Assembly: GCA_964583675.1 (NCBI GenBank) | Contig: CAZOVH010000003.1 | Location: 12,167 to 76,166, forward strand | Direction of reading: 5' to 3' | Length of the DNA: 64,000 nucleotides | Source of the DNA: an uncultured Candidatus Saccharibacteria bacterium | Lineage (GTDB): Bacteria > Patescibacteriota > Saccharimonadia > CAILAD01 > GCA-016700035 | Part shown: one piece after another, positions 27,301-37,310 of the stretch | Layout of the letters: each line of letters begins with the position of its first letter | Numbering within the stretch: position 1 is the first letter of the stretch | Made by a program: the position numbers and the translations under genes | The notes under the pieces: model-generated | Seen by the model: only the letters and a program-made list of their open reading frames with translations | What the model was told of the DNA's origin: nothing | Database searches by the model: none

Positions 27301-27410
27301 ACCTGCGATAACTCACTAGCCAACTCAGCACCTCGAGACTCCGAACCTCCAAACTGATCTGGGTCTAACTCGTCAAAGCCACGCATAACGTCATGTGATG
27401 TATTACTCAT
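24366..27410 (-). CDS. Large coiled-coil protein with glycine-rich hydrophobic segments (unknown function)
   Basis: 1014-aa ORF; acidic disordered regions, SH3/KOW-like beta stretch, coiled coil, LAVGAALGIAGAAIAMTGVGAGVGSAMVAGAG segment and a second hydrophobic helix. Confidence 0.8.
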   Translation of the reverse strand: MSNTSHDVMRGFDELDPDQFGGSESRGAELASELSQVHADDAEVESTPADARRAPTFGDVAAQLPQVEREIAQAESRLASLGESGNSEESERVSSYLASLQNERIEIQQAMENFTTKLDNPVLINDGPQTSGPERSSTNDPYRYARRPSNEIKRELRKIKGWDGVQTRVNRRHGDSLGGAKKPADILLDGLAHEVKTGMRPVTKAIWSEFYDRYNSDGSIKDTSSDKPEKQTAKQQSQGTARQKKHTRQAEDSRRIRGARYFDSNDYDTNEEYERSLPPDEWNRETQRADLPAENQTGYDRQDEQSRSGTMPAQPEQIGDQAINDKFGHELGDDLKQILAENDTEAYYGAPASPLATEASGSQPRADQAEPAPATRTNFDQAPSPSPAQSGEAQLQPMTRVERRESIENDHQFEIGGVTFKNGEMVTYTEADGDKAPHMIIQKVGENPARLRLLNLESGTEFAIDEDSISRIEKLQNDGEGGGNSPEDEDDPIDQEGGEPYEKGSYLEKVPKIPSAEEILALAEGARLNVDAQIQAVAQAKEQREKFFGRTKRDQTALEQANASLESAYAQYTDNWAAVLADYRGVEAGINDYKTDMQEKVTVLDESIARLEADTQLPPTLRQSRIDRRKERILEAREAMQKCDEQLENLRQGVEEVTRRVEVEMIVEMAQTRSKVEAAQCELKVGTKSEKFRTFWRSKNGRRTRLAVGAALGIAGAAIAMTGVGAGVGSAMVAGAGAVMRGTGGFMATEAGVNMLHNRRANKADLRGRTEAWGAQSASTQLEAGRDMEYISGNTEGLGAEKMTEQEIAAFLEANAGALYSDRVLRGALAGNPESSAAVADLLLKNQLDRVNSDAKSNRRAKRGAAVVGVAAAAAPFVLRHFFSGPPKGPEAPKPYSPDEARFKGILSTDKNAAQNWEHMTDKYQGLSPAEKAMYEAGNQAYDRNYGSALRGLDLSNAELDRLNFILGRGSVDVGNDQMVQLTRNIAQQVQRGVPTEKILQLYGMPTDGLNGAA

Positions 27411-27425
27411 TGCTCTTATGATAAC

Positions 27426-27453
27426 AAAAAAGCCCCGATATGAGGGGCTTTTT
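27426..27453 (-). terminator. secA terminator
   Basis: AAAAAAGCCCC-GATATGA-GGGGCTTTTT. Confidence 0.85.
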
Positions 27454-27458
27454 GAAGA

Positions 27459-30071
27459 TTAGCGACGCTTCTTCTTCTTTTTTGATTTTTTCTTTGGAGC
27501 TGTAGCGGTTCGACGAATGGGGCCAGACTCTCGACCAGAACGTTCAGATTCCTTCAGGGCTTTTTGCCTTGTCGGCTGAGCGGATTCAGCAGATCCCGAG
27601 GTAACTGCTTTTTTCGCCGCCTGCGTAATTTCCGTCTCAATCGCTTCGTCTTCGGGCTTATTGGTGATATCTACTCGAACCTTAAACAGCGTATGAACAA
27701 TCTCAGAATCAATCCGATGAGTCAGCATACCGAACATACGGTAAGCCTCAGCTTTATATTCAACCAACGGATCACGCTGTCCGTAACCACGCAGGCCAAT
27801 ACCATCACGCAAATGATCCATCGCCTCCAGATGTTCGAGCCAAGCAGTATCGATGGTCTTGAGACTTACGAGACGTTCAATTACCATCACACCTTCGTCA
27901 CCAAACTCCATCTCGCGAGAACGGTACATGTCTTTAGTGATTTTCATAAATTCTGCAACTAGCGCTTCTTTGTCCCGTCGTTCGACAGACTTTTCCCAAT
28001 CTTTTGGTAAAGGAATAATATCTCGAACAGCCTCGGCCAATTTCTCGATATCCAGAATTTCTGTCTGCGTATCGGTATGTACTTCAATCAGCGCATGAAA
28101 CTCGGACTCAAAAATCGGCAGCAGGTCTTCCTTGAGAGAATCTTGTTTTAAAACCCGGCGGCGACGAGCATAAATTATCTCGCGGTGCTGGTTCATCACG
28201 TCATCGTAATCAACTAAGTGCTTACGAGTATCAAAGTTATGACCCTCCACTTTTTTCTGGGCCGATTCTAGTGAGCGGGATACCATGCGATTCTCAATTG
28301 GAGTATCTTCTGGAAGTCCCAGTGCATCCATCATCGACGAGAGCTTATCGCTTCCAAAGATACGCATGAGATCATCTTCAAGTGATACATAAAATTGACT
28401 CGAACCTGCATCACCCTGACGCCCGGCGCGACCACGCAACTGATTATCAATCCGTCGCGATTCATGCCGCTCAGTACCGATTACGTGCAGTCCACCAAGC
28501 TCGTTCACCCCTTCGCCGAGTACAATGTCGGTACCGCGGCCGGCAATGTTGGTGGCCAATGTTACCGCTCCTCGTTGTCCGGCAGCAGACACAATTTCCG
28601 CCTCAGCTTCATTATTTTTAGCATTCAGCACCCGATGGGGCACGCCAACTTTGGTAAGCATGCGACTAAGTAGTTCGTTCTTTTCGATTGAAACAGTGCC
28701 CAAAAGAACCGGTTGGCCCTTTTCATGGCGTTCTTTCACCTCATCGGCCACAGCGCTAAACTTAGCCGGCAGCGTCTTATAAATTCTATCCGGCAAATCC
28801 TGTCGTACCATCGGTCTGTGGGTAGGAATAGTAGTCACTTCGAGCTTGTAGATTTTGCCAAATTCTTCGGCTTCAGTCGCCGCCGTACCCGTCATACCGG
28901 CTAGCTTGTTGTACAGGCGGAAAAGATTCTGGAAAGAGATAGTCGCCAGGGTTTGGCTTTCCTGCTGGATAGTTACACCTTCTTTAGCTTCGATGGCCTG
29001 ATGCAGCCCTTCGCTATAACGACGCCCAGGCAGCAAACGACCCGTAAACTCATCGACAATTACAATTTCGCCATCTGGAGTGACGACATAATCCTTGTCT
29101 TTTTGGAAGATAGCTTCGGCTTTAAGGGCGGACTCAATGTGATGAACGTCTTCAATACGGCCCGCCTCATACACATTATCAACGCCCAAAGCCTTTTCGA
29201 TTTTAGCAATACCCTCATCTGTCAGGCTTACTGCACGTTGCTTTTCGTCTAGCGAGTAATGTTCGTCACGGATAAGAGTTTTAGCGATTTTGGCGAACAT
29301 ATAGTAGCGGTCTGTAGATTTTGCATTGGCTTGCGAGATAATCAGTGGGGTTCGAGCCTCATCGATTAAAATTGAGTCAACTTCGTCCACAATCGCAAAG
29401 TGCAATCCACGCTGTGACATCTGATCGAGATGCTGCACCATATTATCGCGTAGATAGTCGAAGCCAAGCTCATTATTTGTAGCGTAAGTAATATCTGCCG
29501 CGTAAGCCTCTTTGCGAGTCACGGGACGCAAATGGCGGAGGCGTTCATCAGAATGATTCTCGTCGGTATACTCAGGGTCATACACAAAACTTGAATCATG
29601 CATAATCACTGCTGTCGTGAGACCAAGAAAATGATAGATTTGACCCATCCAACCGGCACCAATCCGGGCCAAATAATCGTTAACAGTGACAAGATGAGCA
29701 CCTTCACCCTCAAGAGCGTTCAAATAAAGGGGCAGGGTAGCAACCAGGGTTTTACCTTCACCAGTCTTCATTTCGGCAATCTTGCCTTCGTGCAATACGA
29801 TGCCACCAATCAACTGCACGTCAAAGTGACGCTGCCCAATAACACGCTTACTGGCTTCACGCGCCACAGCAAAGGCTTGCTCTAAAATATCATCAAGCTT
29901 TTTCCCATCCTTGAGTTGCTTACGAAACGTATCGGTTTGAGCACGCAATTCTTTATCGGAGAGCTTCTGAATTTTCGCTTCTAATGAATTTATTCGCTCC
30001 ACACGAGAACGCGCCTTTTTAATTTCGCGCGCGTTGGGATCGCCAAAGAGTGTTTTTAAATTAATCGCCAT
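27459..30071 (-). CDS. secA: Preprotein translocase subunit SecA
   Basis: [59 protein letters not shown]; no C-terminal Zn-finger. Confidence 0.99.
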   Translation of the reverse strand: MAINLKTLFGDPNAREIKKARSRVERINSLEAKIQKLSDKELRAQTDTFRKQLKDGKKLDDILEQAFAVAREASKRVIGQRHFDVQLIGGIVLHEGKIAEMKTGEGKTLVATLPLYLNALEGEGAHLVTVNDYLARIGAGWMGQIYHFLGLTTAVIMHDSSFVYDPEYTDENHSDERLRHLRPVTRKEAYAADITYATNNELGFDYLRDNMVQHLDQMSQRGLHFAIVDEVDSILIDEARTPLIISQANAKSTDRYYMFAKIAKTLIRDEHYSLDEKQRAVSLTDEGIAKIEKALGVDNVYEAGRIEDVHHIESALKAEAIFQKDKDYVVTPDGEIVIVDEFTGRLLPGRRYSEGLHQAIEAKEGVTIQQESQTLATISFQNLFRLYNKLAGMTGTAATEAEEFGKIYKLEVTTIPTHRPMVRQDLPDRIYKTLPAKFSAVADEVKERHEKGQPVLLGTVSIEKNELLSRMLTKVGVPHRVLNAKNNEAEAEIVSAAGQRGAVTLATNIAGRGTDIVLGEGVNELGGLHVIGTERHESRRIDNQLRGRAGRQGDAGSSQFYVSLEDDLMRIFGSDKLSSMMDALGLPEDTPIENRMVSRSLESAQKKVEGHNFDTRKHLVDYDDVMNQHREIIYARRRRVLKQDSLKEDLLPIFESEFHALIEVHTDTQTEILDIEKLAEAVRDIIPLPKDWEKSVERRDKEALVAEFMKITKDMYRSREMEFGDEGVMVIERLVSLKTIDTAWLEHLEAMDHLRDGIGLRGYGQRDPLVEYKAEAYRMFGMLTHRIDSEIVHTLFKVRVDITNKPEDEAIETEITQAAKKAVTSGSAESAQPTRQKALKESERSGRESGPIRRTATAPKKKSKKKKKRR

Positions 30072-30130
30072 AACTAACCTTCCTATTGTACCAGATACAA
30101 CCTGTGAACCCCCTTAAAAACATATGAAGA

Positions 30131-30484
30131 TTAGGTCGTTTCGACCGAAGTATTACGCTTCAGGGTAAACCGCTTAGGCGCATGCTTTTCTTTATACTTC
30201 CGAATTTGATCCTTTAGCTTAGCTTCCAATATATCAATTGCACTGTGTGGATTCATGGTGGCGGTTTCGGCATGCAAATCTGGTCCCTGTACCTCGATGT
30301 GCGCCGAGGCAACATAACGCTTGTCTGGTGATGCCGCTTCATCACGATGCAATTCTACTCGAACGCCAACTGGACGATGGGTACGCGGGAAATACCGATC
30401 AAGCTTGGCTATTTTACGCTCAATATAGTTTGTTAGCTCGCGATCAACTTCTAACTTACGTGCTGAGACAGTGTATTTCATCAT
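30131..30484 (-). CDS. raiA: Ribosome hibernation promoting factor (short HPF/RaiA)
   Basis: YIERKIAKLDRYF...AIDILEAKLKDQIRKYKEK; upstream of secA. Confidence 0.9.
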   Translation of the reverse strand: MMKYTVSARKLEVDRELTNYIERKIAKLDRYFPRTHRPVGVRVELHRDEAASPDKRYVASAHIEVQGPDLHAETATMNPHSAIDILEAKLKDQIRKYKEKHAPKRFTLKRNTSVETT

Positions 30485-31707
30485 AGATATTCCTCCCCAT
30501 AATATTTCTCAAGTGCCGCCGGCAAACGCACTCGCCCATCCTCGGTTTGGTGATTTTCTAGAATGGCGATGAGTGTGCGACTCGATGTTACTGCCGTACC
30601 ATTGAGTGTGTGCGGATGAGCTAAAAGTCCATCGGCTGTTCGATAACGGATATTCAGGCGACGCGCCTGATAAGCTGTGCAGTCGCTGCAGCTGGTGAGC
30701 TCTCTATAACTACCATCAACTGGACTCCAGTACTCCACATCATATTTTTTATAAGCCGGCGCGGAAAGATCGCCATCAGCAATACGGATAACGTGATACG
30801 GAATCTCTAACTGCTCGCAAATCGACTCTTCGATGGCGAGTATTTCTTCGAGCAGCGCCTCGCTTTTATCTGGCTGAGCATATATATACATTTCCAGCTT
30901 TTCAAACTGATGAACACGATACAAACCCTTAGAAAATTTACCATAGGCGCCAGCCTCGAGCCGGTAACAGGGTGAAGATGCCGCGAGCAAAATCGGCTTT
31001 TCTACATCAATAACTTCATCCATTGCAAACCCGGTAAGAGGCAGTTCAGCAGTTGCTATCATATTAAGATCTTCACCCTCGGCCTTATAAATCTGTCTCT
31101 CTTCACCTCGAGGCAAAAACCCAGTGCCTGCCGCAACCCGAGAGTTTACCATATTCGGCACATACAAAAACTCAAAGCCGCGTCGACGTAATTCTGCTTT
31201 TGCTAACGCCTGTACCGCATCCCACAAACGTACACCACGATCGCGCAAATAGTAAAAACGACTCCCAGCCACTTTGGCGCCGGCTTCAAAATCTATAAAA
31301 TTGAGCGTCTCGTTCAAGGCCAAATGGTCTTTTGGCTCGAAACCAAATTCTGGCTTAGTACCACCAACTCGAACTTCTTCACTCGCATCTTCTCCACCTT
31401 CGGGCGTACCCTCTGCAATGAGATTAGGAATATCTTCCAGTAGCCGCTGCCACTCGGCCTCAACATACTTCAGCTCTTCTTCATGGCGCGCCAACTCTTG
31501 CTTGTCTTTTTGCAGTTGCGCTAGCTGCTCTTCAGTAGGCTTACCAGCGAGCTTCAGCTTGGAACGAGCAACTTCAACCAAAGGGATCAGCTCTGAACGG
31601 CGCATGTCGAGCTTCAACCATCGATCAAGATCCACCGACATATTACGGCGAGCAATCGAAGCGCGCACTTCATCGGTATTATCTCGAATATAAGCCGGGG
31701 TTAACAT
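30481..31707 (-). CDS. serS: Serine--tRNA ligase
   Basis: KVAGSRFY, IATAELP, GLYRVHQFEKLE, ELTSCS, YQARRL, HTLNGT. Confidence 0.97.
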   Translation of the reverse strand: MLTPAYIRDNTDEVRASIARRNMSVDLDRWLKLDMRRSELIPLVEVARSKLKLAGKPTEEQLAQLQKDKQELARHEEELKYVEAEWQRLLEDIPNLIAEGTPEGGEDASEEVRVGGTKPEFGFEPKDHLALNETLNFIDFEAGAKVAGSRFYYLRDRGVRLWDAVQALAKAELRRRGFEFLYVPNMVNSRVAAGTGFLPRGEERQIYKAEGEDLNMIATAELPLTGFAMDEVIDVEKPILLAASSPCYRLEAGAYGKFSKGLYRVHQFEKLEMYIYAQPDKSEALLEEILAIEESICEQLEIPYHVIRIADGDLSAPAYKKYDVEYWSPVDGSYRELTSCSDCTAYQARRLNIRYRTADGLLAHPHTLNGTAVTSSRTLIAILENHQTEDGRVRLPAALEKYYGEEYL

Positions 31708-31725
31708 GCCTTTATTATACCACCC

Positions 31726-33282
31726 CTAGAGAACTGCCTTGAGGCGCTCAAGTACAAAATCACGCTCCAAACTCGCCAAAAATGGCCCCAGCTTTGGACC
31801 CGCCGTCTTACCAATTAGCAACTCATAGAGCACCTTAAACGCGTCTTTTGGTTGCAACCCGACAGTTTGAGCCGTAGAAAAAATAACCGACTGCAAATTC
31901 TCGCCATCCCAGGCGACTGCTTGCAAATGCTGATGTAGTGAGTCTAGAAAGGATTGCTGAGCGACATCAAGCTGGAGCTGAGGGGCTTCATCTAAAATCG
32001 AAAACTTTAAGGCTTCTGGAGCGAACCGCTCTAACCATGCCGCAACATACGTGAGCTCCCTAAGGATCACACTGGCGTCTTCGCGAACGGCTCGAGCGTG
32101 CCCAGTTTTGGTAAGTAGCTCCAAAACACGCTCGCTATCACCACGTGCAGTTTGATACACCGTAGCCAGATGAGTAAATGGTACAGTCGACACCGTAGCA
32201 TGCTCCTGATCAAGTGCAGAGACTGCCCAGGCGTCCTTAAATGACGTAGCTTCACCGCTGCGTACAGCCGCCTCTGTAGCTGCGTACTCATCAATGAGCT
32301 GCCCCATGCCAATACCCGGATCGAAAGCCAAAACCTTCTGAGGCAAGCTCTTAAACACAAAGTAACGCAAGATATCCGGCGGAATTACTTCTAGGGCATC
32401 CGCAATCGTGACCAAATTCCCCAGTGATGAACTCATTTTTTGATTATCGCCCTTGAGATTAATAGGATTAAACGGCACCGCGATTGGCGGCTCGGCATCA
32501 AAAATTTCCCGCACAATTGCAGCACCAGTTTCGTAACTTCCACCTTTAGTAGCATGTTCCTTACCAAAGCCCTCAACATCAACGCCTAAGATAGCCCAAC
32601 GAGCCGGCCAATCTACACGCCAATCAAGCTTTACTTCACCGGCACGTACGTCTGCTTGATGTACAGCACCATCAGCTGCACGATATTCAACCGTGTAGGT
32701 ATTCGCATCAAATCCCAGATACTCAGCCGTTCTCAGGCTCTTGGTGGTAGTATCCAATATCTGGATGGGCTGCCAATCGGCCGGCACCTCACGCTGTGAG
32801 ACTTTTGCTAGAATACGGGCAACTTCGTCGCGACGAGTGAGGGCAGTAATAATCGCGTCGGCAAAAACTCCCCGCTGATATTCTTGGTGTGACCGCCAAA
32901 TCTCCATGGGTATTTCCAGCTTTTTCGCAGCTGCCGCATACTCAGAAAAATAGTAATCAGCGTAACTACGGTCACTATCATCTGGGGCTGGGACCAAATA
33001 TACCGGTCTACCAACTTCTGCCTCAAATTTTTCCGGTAAATATGGGTAGCGCTTACGCAGCGCATCAGAGTCATCAACATTATGAATATGCAGCGCCTCG
33101 CGACCACGCACTTCTAGCCCGCGGCGCACAGCTTCGGCTGTCAAAATCTCGCGAGCATGCCCAACGTGATACGGGCCTGATGGCGTAATACCCGAAGCCA
33201 CCAAAATCCTTCCGCCCTGCTTGCGGACTTCAATTTCGTCTAATAATGCGTTGAGCCAATATTTTGATGTATGTTCAGTCAT
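31726..33282 (-). CDS. lysS: Lysine--tRNA ligase, class I
   Basis: SGITPSGPYHVGH, KLDWRVDWPARW, GKEHATKGGS, KMSSSLGN, GPKLG. Confidence 0.96.
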   Translation of the reverse strand: MTEHTSKYWLNALLDEIEVRKQGGRILVASGITPSGPYHVGHAREILTAEAVRRGLEVRGREALHIHNVDDSDALRKRYPYLPEKFEAEVGRPVYLVPAPDDSDRSYADYYFSEYAAAAKKLEIPMEIWRSHQEYQRGVFADAIITALTRRDEVARILAKVSQREVPADWQPIQILDTTTKSLRTAEYLGFDANTYTVEYRAADGAVHQADVRAGEVKLDWRVDWPARWAILGVDVEGFGKEHATKGGSYETGAAIVREIFDAEPPIAVPFNPINLKGDNQKMSSSLGNLVTIADALEVIPPDILRYFVFKSLPQKVLAFDPGIGMGQLIDEYAATEAAVRSGEATSFKDAWAVSALDQEHATVSTVPFTHLATVYQTARGDSERVLELLTKTGHARAVREDASVILRELTYVAAWLERFAPEALKFSILDEAPQLQLDVAQQSFLDSLHQHLQAVAWDGENLQSVIFSTAQTVGLQPKDAFKVLYELLIGKTAGPKLGPFLASLERDFVLERLKAVL

Positions 33283-33322
33283 ATGCTTTTCCTATTTTAC
33301 CAGTTTTTTATCTCTTCATAAG

Positions 33323-33350
33323 AAAAACCACCTGCTTACGAGGTGGCTTT
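33323..33350 (-). terminator. greA terminator
   Basis: AAAAACCACCT-GCTTACG-AGGTGGCTTT. Confidence 0.7.
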
Positions 33351-33374
33351 CAGGCGATGCTTCGGCTGCTTGTG

Positions 33375-33836
33375 CTAGCTAATCTTATTGATCTTATAGA
33401 CTATCACGCCGGCCGGAACTTCAATTTCCACCTCGTCACCAGGCTTTTTACCAATCAGCGCCTTACCGATTGGGCTTTCATTGGAGATCTTACCAGTTGC
33501 TGGATCAGCTTCGGTCGAACCAACAATCTCAAACTCTTGTGTGCCACCTTCGAGTTCAACGTGCACAGTCGAGCCAACATCCACTTTATCTACACTACCT
33601 TTTTCAATAGCGACTACGTTCTTGAGGATATTTTCAATCTCGGCGATACGCCCCTCAATAAATGCCTGCCGCTCTTTGGCGTCATCCCAGCTAGCGTTTT
33701 CGGAAAGATCACCAAATTCCTTAGCTTCTTTTAAAGCTGCCGCAATTTTTTTGCGCTGTACATTGACCAAATCATCGAGCTCTGCGCGCAACTTCTCGAT
33801 TCCTTCACTGGTAACATAGATTGCTTTCTTATTCAT
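33375..33836 (-). CDS. greA: Transcription elongation factor GreA
   Basis: EAKEFGDLSENA, ISNESPIGKALIG; SD AAGGAG before ATG 33836. Confidence 0.97.
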   Translation of the reverse strand: MNKKAIYVTSEGIEKLRAELDDLVNVQRKKIAAALKEAKEFGDLSENASWDDAKERQAFIEGRIAEIENILKNVVAIEKGSVDKVDVGSTVHVELEGGTQEFEIVGSTEADPATGKISNESPIGKALIGKKPGDEVEIEVPAGVIVYKINKIS

Positions 33837-33878
33837 AATAACTCCTTGCACCCTCCTAGTAGTGGAAACATTTCTAAG

Positions 33879-33904
33879 AAAAAAAGGCCTCAATCCTGAG
33901 CCTT
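33879..33904 (-). terminator. Intrinsic terminator upstream of greA
   Basis: Minus strand AAGGCTCA-GGAT-TGAGGCCTTTTTTT. Confidence 0.65.
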
Positions 33905-33990
33905 GCTAGACGTGCTCCACCAGGTTTTAATCCTTGTCGGAACGTATTATTGCACGGCATATCTTAGCTCGTCAAGCGATTTTTTCGAAA

Positions 33991-35925
33991 CTATTTCTTA
34001 CCTTCGGTGAAATACCACTTAAGAGAGTCTCGTACTACTGGTAGAGCAAATTCAGCTCCTTCTCCAGAGTTTTCTACCAGTGCCACAATAACGATTTCGG
34101 GATTTTCATACGGAGCATAGGCCTCAAACCAAGCGTGAGGCTTGGTACGCCGGTTTTTACCATCAAAGCCCTCCGAACTTGTCTCGGCCGTTCCGGTCTT
34201 ACCTGCTACCGCTACAGGCACCTCACGACTCGTTGAACAACAGCCAGTTCCCGACGTAATCACATCACGCATGCCTTTTTGTACCATACTTAAATACTCT
34301 GGCTTAATAAAATCAGAACGAACCTTCTGTGAATCCACCGAACGCACTGTTTTTCCATTCTCATCCACTACTTCCTTGACTAAATACGGCTTATATAGCG
34401 TGCCGCCATTAGCAATAGAGGAAAGAGCTGTTGCTAGCTGTAATGGGCTGGCCATAAAATTCCCCTGACCAATCGAGATATTGTAGGTATCACCCACATA
34501 CCAATCCTCGCCAGTATTTTTCTTTTTCGTCTCTGGAGTCGGCAAAAATCCAGCCGTTTCGTCACCAATATCTAATCCAGTTTTGGAACCAAATCCAAAC
34601 TTTTTGTAATAGTCCAGCAATTTAGCCGCACCAAGACCCTTAAAATTCTGATAGCCACCACCGACCATGTAGTAAAACACATCCGAACTCATCGCGAGCG
34701 CTCGATATACATCAACCATACCCAAACCTTCGGGCTTCCAACTAGAAAACTCGTACACTATCGAAGGGTCATACTGGTTGGGCACCAAAAGCTCACCATC
34801 ATCTTTGATGACGGTCGAGGCATTAATAATGTTCTCCTGGAAAGCGGCCGCGGAAACAAATGGCTTAATTACCGAGCCAACGGGATACGTGCCACCCGAA
34901 ACCTTGTTGAATAATGGTCGGTTAGGGTCATTCAAGAGGCTTTGATACGTATCCTGCTTGATACCCTGTGCAAATAAGTTGTTATCGTAGCTTGGGTAAT
35001 TTACAGCCGCCAGAATTTGTCCGTTGCGGGGATCTAGAGCAACTGCCGCACCTCGACCAGAGCCAGCAGCCGTGGCTTCGCGAGCCAAGGCTTCGCTCAT
35101 AACTTTTTGCAAACCAAAATTGACTGTCAGTTTCAGCGAGTTGCCAGCAGTAGGATCTTTTGCAGCGAGAACCTTAATTGGCTTTCCAGTAGCGTCAACC
35201 TCAGATTGCTCGGCACCGGCTTCACCTCGTAAATCTTTCTCGTAGGCGCGCTCAATACCAACCTTACCGATATAGTCGGTTGGTCGATATTCCTTTTCTA
35301 CCTTCAAATCATCGGCAGAAACACGCCCTGTATAGCCCAGAAAATGCGCAAGCTGACCACCGTCCAAATATTCTCTAATTGGATTGGTGTCCAGGTCAAC
35401 ACCTGGAAGTTCATTCTTTTGCTCCTCAACCACCAAGGCAATTTCGCGCGGAACACTCTCCTGTATCAACGTCGGCAATGGTGAAGCTGGGCCGTCTTTT
35501 TCGACCTTTTGTTTAATCTCTTCGGCAGATTGCCCGGTAATTTTGCTCAGCCTCTCATAGACTTGCTGTCGCTCTTCGGTCTTCTTCGGCATACGAGCCG
35601 CTATCGCAACTAAATCAAAATTAGCCACGTTGCGGGCCAGAAGTTCACCCCGGCTATCGTAGATTGCACCACGAGGAGCTCGAATGACATTTTGCCGAAT
35701 GCGGTTACCGTCGGCCAGAGACTGATTACGTGCCCCCTGAACCACCTGCAGGTTAAATAGCTGCCCCAAAAGAACCGCACTTACGATGCCGGCCACAATC
35801 ACAAACCATTTCAGATGGCTAAAGCCCATTTCAGAGCCCGAGCGATTTTCACCACTACCAGGAAGAATCGCCACCGACCAAGCTTCACTATCGGTAACTT
35901 TCTGTTCCTTGCGAGACAATCTCAT
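33991..35925 (-). CDS. mrdA: Penicillin-binding protein 2
   Basis: APRGAIYD, GSVIKP (SxxK), SSD (SxD), GKTGTAE, HAWF; follows mreBCD. Confidence 0.95.
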   Translation of the reverse strand: MRLSRKEQKVTDSEAWSVAILPGSGENRSGSEMGFSHLKWFVIVAGIVSAVLLGQLFNLQVVQGARNQSLADGNRIRQNVIRAPRGAIYDSRGELLARNVANFDLVAIAARMPKKTEERQQVYERLSKITGQSAEEIKQKVEKDGPASPLPTLIQESVPREIALVVEEQKNELPGVDLDTNPIREYLDGGQLAHFLGYTGRVSADDLKVEKEYRPTDYIGKVGIERAYEKDLRGEAGAEQSEVDATGKPIKVLAAKDPTAGNSLKLTVNFGLQKVMSEALAREATAAGSGRGAAVALDPRNGQILAAVNYPSYDNNLFAQGIKQDTYQSLLNDPNRPLFNKVSGGTYPVGSVIKPFVSAAAFQENIINASTVIKDDGELLVPNQYDPSIVYEFSSWKPEGLGMVDVYRALAMSSDVFYYMVGGGYQNFKGLGAAKLLDYYKKFGFGSKTGLDIGDETAGFLPTPETKKKNTGEDWYVGDTYNISIGQGNFMASPLQLATALSSIANGGTLYKPYLVKEVVDENGKTVRSVDSQKVRSDFIKPEYLSMVQKGMRDVITSGTGCCSTSREVPVAVAGKTGTAETSSEGFDGKNRRTKPHAWFEAYAPYENPEIVIVALVENSGEGAEFALPVVRDSLKWYFTEGKK

Positions 35926-35993
35926 ATCTCGTCCAGCGCTGTGATTTCCAAAAATTGATCGCGCGATGATATACCCCTCTTATGTAACACTTA

Positions 35994-36485
35994 CTATGGC
36001 AAACGGTAATGTGGGTGGGTTTGTTGCCGCCTATCACTCAAGCCCACAATCAGCAGCAGAATACCACTATTATACAATAACTCCACACAGATTCGAACAG
36101 CCGCATTACCAATCTGCGCTGTTAAAACCTCGGCTGGCAATGTTGCATAGAGAACAATGTTAAAAATTATTGTAGCGCTAATTATCAACGCCAACTGAAA
36201 AGACCACTTATTAGCATCACGCCCCTCCCGAAATACCAACTTCGAGGCAAGCATCACAAGGAATAGGCCGAGTAGCGTAAGACCAGTAGGTAGCACGCTC
36301 CCAACCTCTAAAATCGCGCCCATCATCACAATCAGTAGCGTCATCGAAATATATTCAAGTTTGGGCGCGTACCAAACTACAAAAATAAGCGCCAAATTTG
36401 GTATTACCCAGCTAGAACCAACCGCGTGCAATCCAACCTGCAACAAACTTATGAGGATTGCCAGTACTGCAATGCGCGGCCTCAA
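35994..36485 (-). CDS. mreD: Probable rod shape-determining protein MreD
   Basis: Five-TM protein with PNLALI motif, located between mreC and mrdA. Confidence 0.7.
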   Translation of the reverse strand: MRPRIAVLAILISLLQVGLHAVGSSWVIPNLALIFVVWYAPKLEYISMTLLIVMMGAILEVGSVLPTGLTLLGLFLVMLASKLVFREGRDANKWSFQLALIISATIIFNIVLYATLPAEVLTAQIGNAAVRICVELLYNSGILLLIVGLSDRRQQTHPHYRLP

Positions 36486-36489
36486 ATTA

Positions 36490-37293
36490 CTATCCCTTCA
36501 CCACAAACACAAGCTCTAGGCGCTGAGTATCGACGAGTGGTTTTACGTTTGCAGCCTGAAATATTTCATTATCGCTTCTATCAATTGACTCAATTGTTCC
36601 TATAGGTAAGCCCTTAGGAATACGGTCACTCCCCGCACTCATCACATACTCACCCACATCAATCACTTCATTCTGCGCGATTTGCTCCATCCTGAGACCA
36701 CTCCCAAGCTGGCCGCGAACAATTCCTTTAGCCCTACCATTTTGCGTCATCGCTAAAATGCGAAATTCTGGATCGCTCACCAAAAAGACATCGCTCGATT
36801 TGTCATGCACCCGCTCAATTTTGCCAATTATCGCCCCCGAGCTCACTACTGCCATCCCCTCTACAACTCCATCCGACCTACCTACATCAATCGTGATATT
36901 GCGCCGAACATTATCGGCGCTATAAGCTACAACTCTCGCGCCAACCAGATCGAGCTTTTGCTCATCAGAAAAATTTAACTGTGCCCGCAAAAGTGCGTTC
37001 TCTTTTTCCAACTCTTTTAATTTGACGAGTTCAGCCTCTTTTTCGCTTACGCGTCGCTGCAAATCGATGTTTTCTTGGCTCAACCGCCCGAGCGAACCCA
37101 GGGTTGCAATACTATTTCCGGTCCAACGCCCAACGCCCGCAAACGTATTGGTAATTGGCTGAGTGAGCGCATCAATAACTATACGAAACGGGCGCCACAA
37201 ACCAAGCAACTGAAACAGCAGTACACCTGAAATGATTACGAGCGAAATAATAATGGCTATTCGTGAACGAGAATGCGGTTTAGAGCGCTGCAT
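36490..37293 (-). CDS. mreC: Rod shape-determining protein MreC
   Basis: TM, ENALLRAQLNF, ITIDVGRSDGVVEGMAV, PKGLPIG. Confidence 0.94.
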   Translation of the reverse strand: MQRSKPHSRSRIAIIISLVIISGVLLFQLLGLWRPFRIVIDALTQPITNTFAGVGRWTGNSIATLGSLGRLSQENIDLQRRVSEKEAELVKLKELEKENALLRAQLNFSDEQKLDLVGARVVAYSADNVRRNITIDVGRSDGVVEGMAVVSSGAIIGKIERVHDKSSDVFLVSDPEFRILAMTQNGRAKGIVRGQLGSGLRMEQIAQNEVIDVGEYVMSAGSDRIPKGLPIGTIESIDRSDNEIFQAANVKPLVDTQRLELVFVVKG

Positions 37294-37310
37294 ATACTTT
37301 AGAGTCTACC

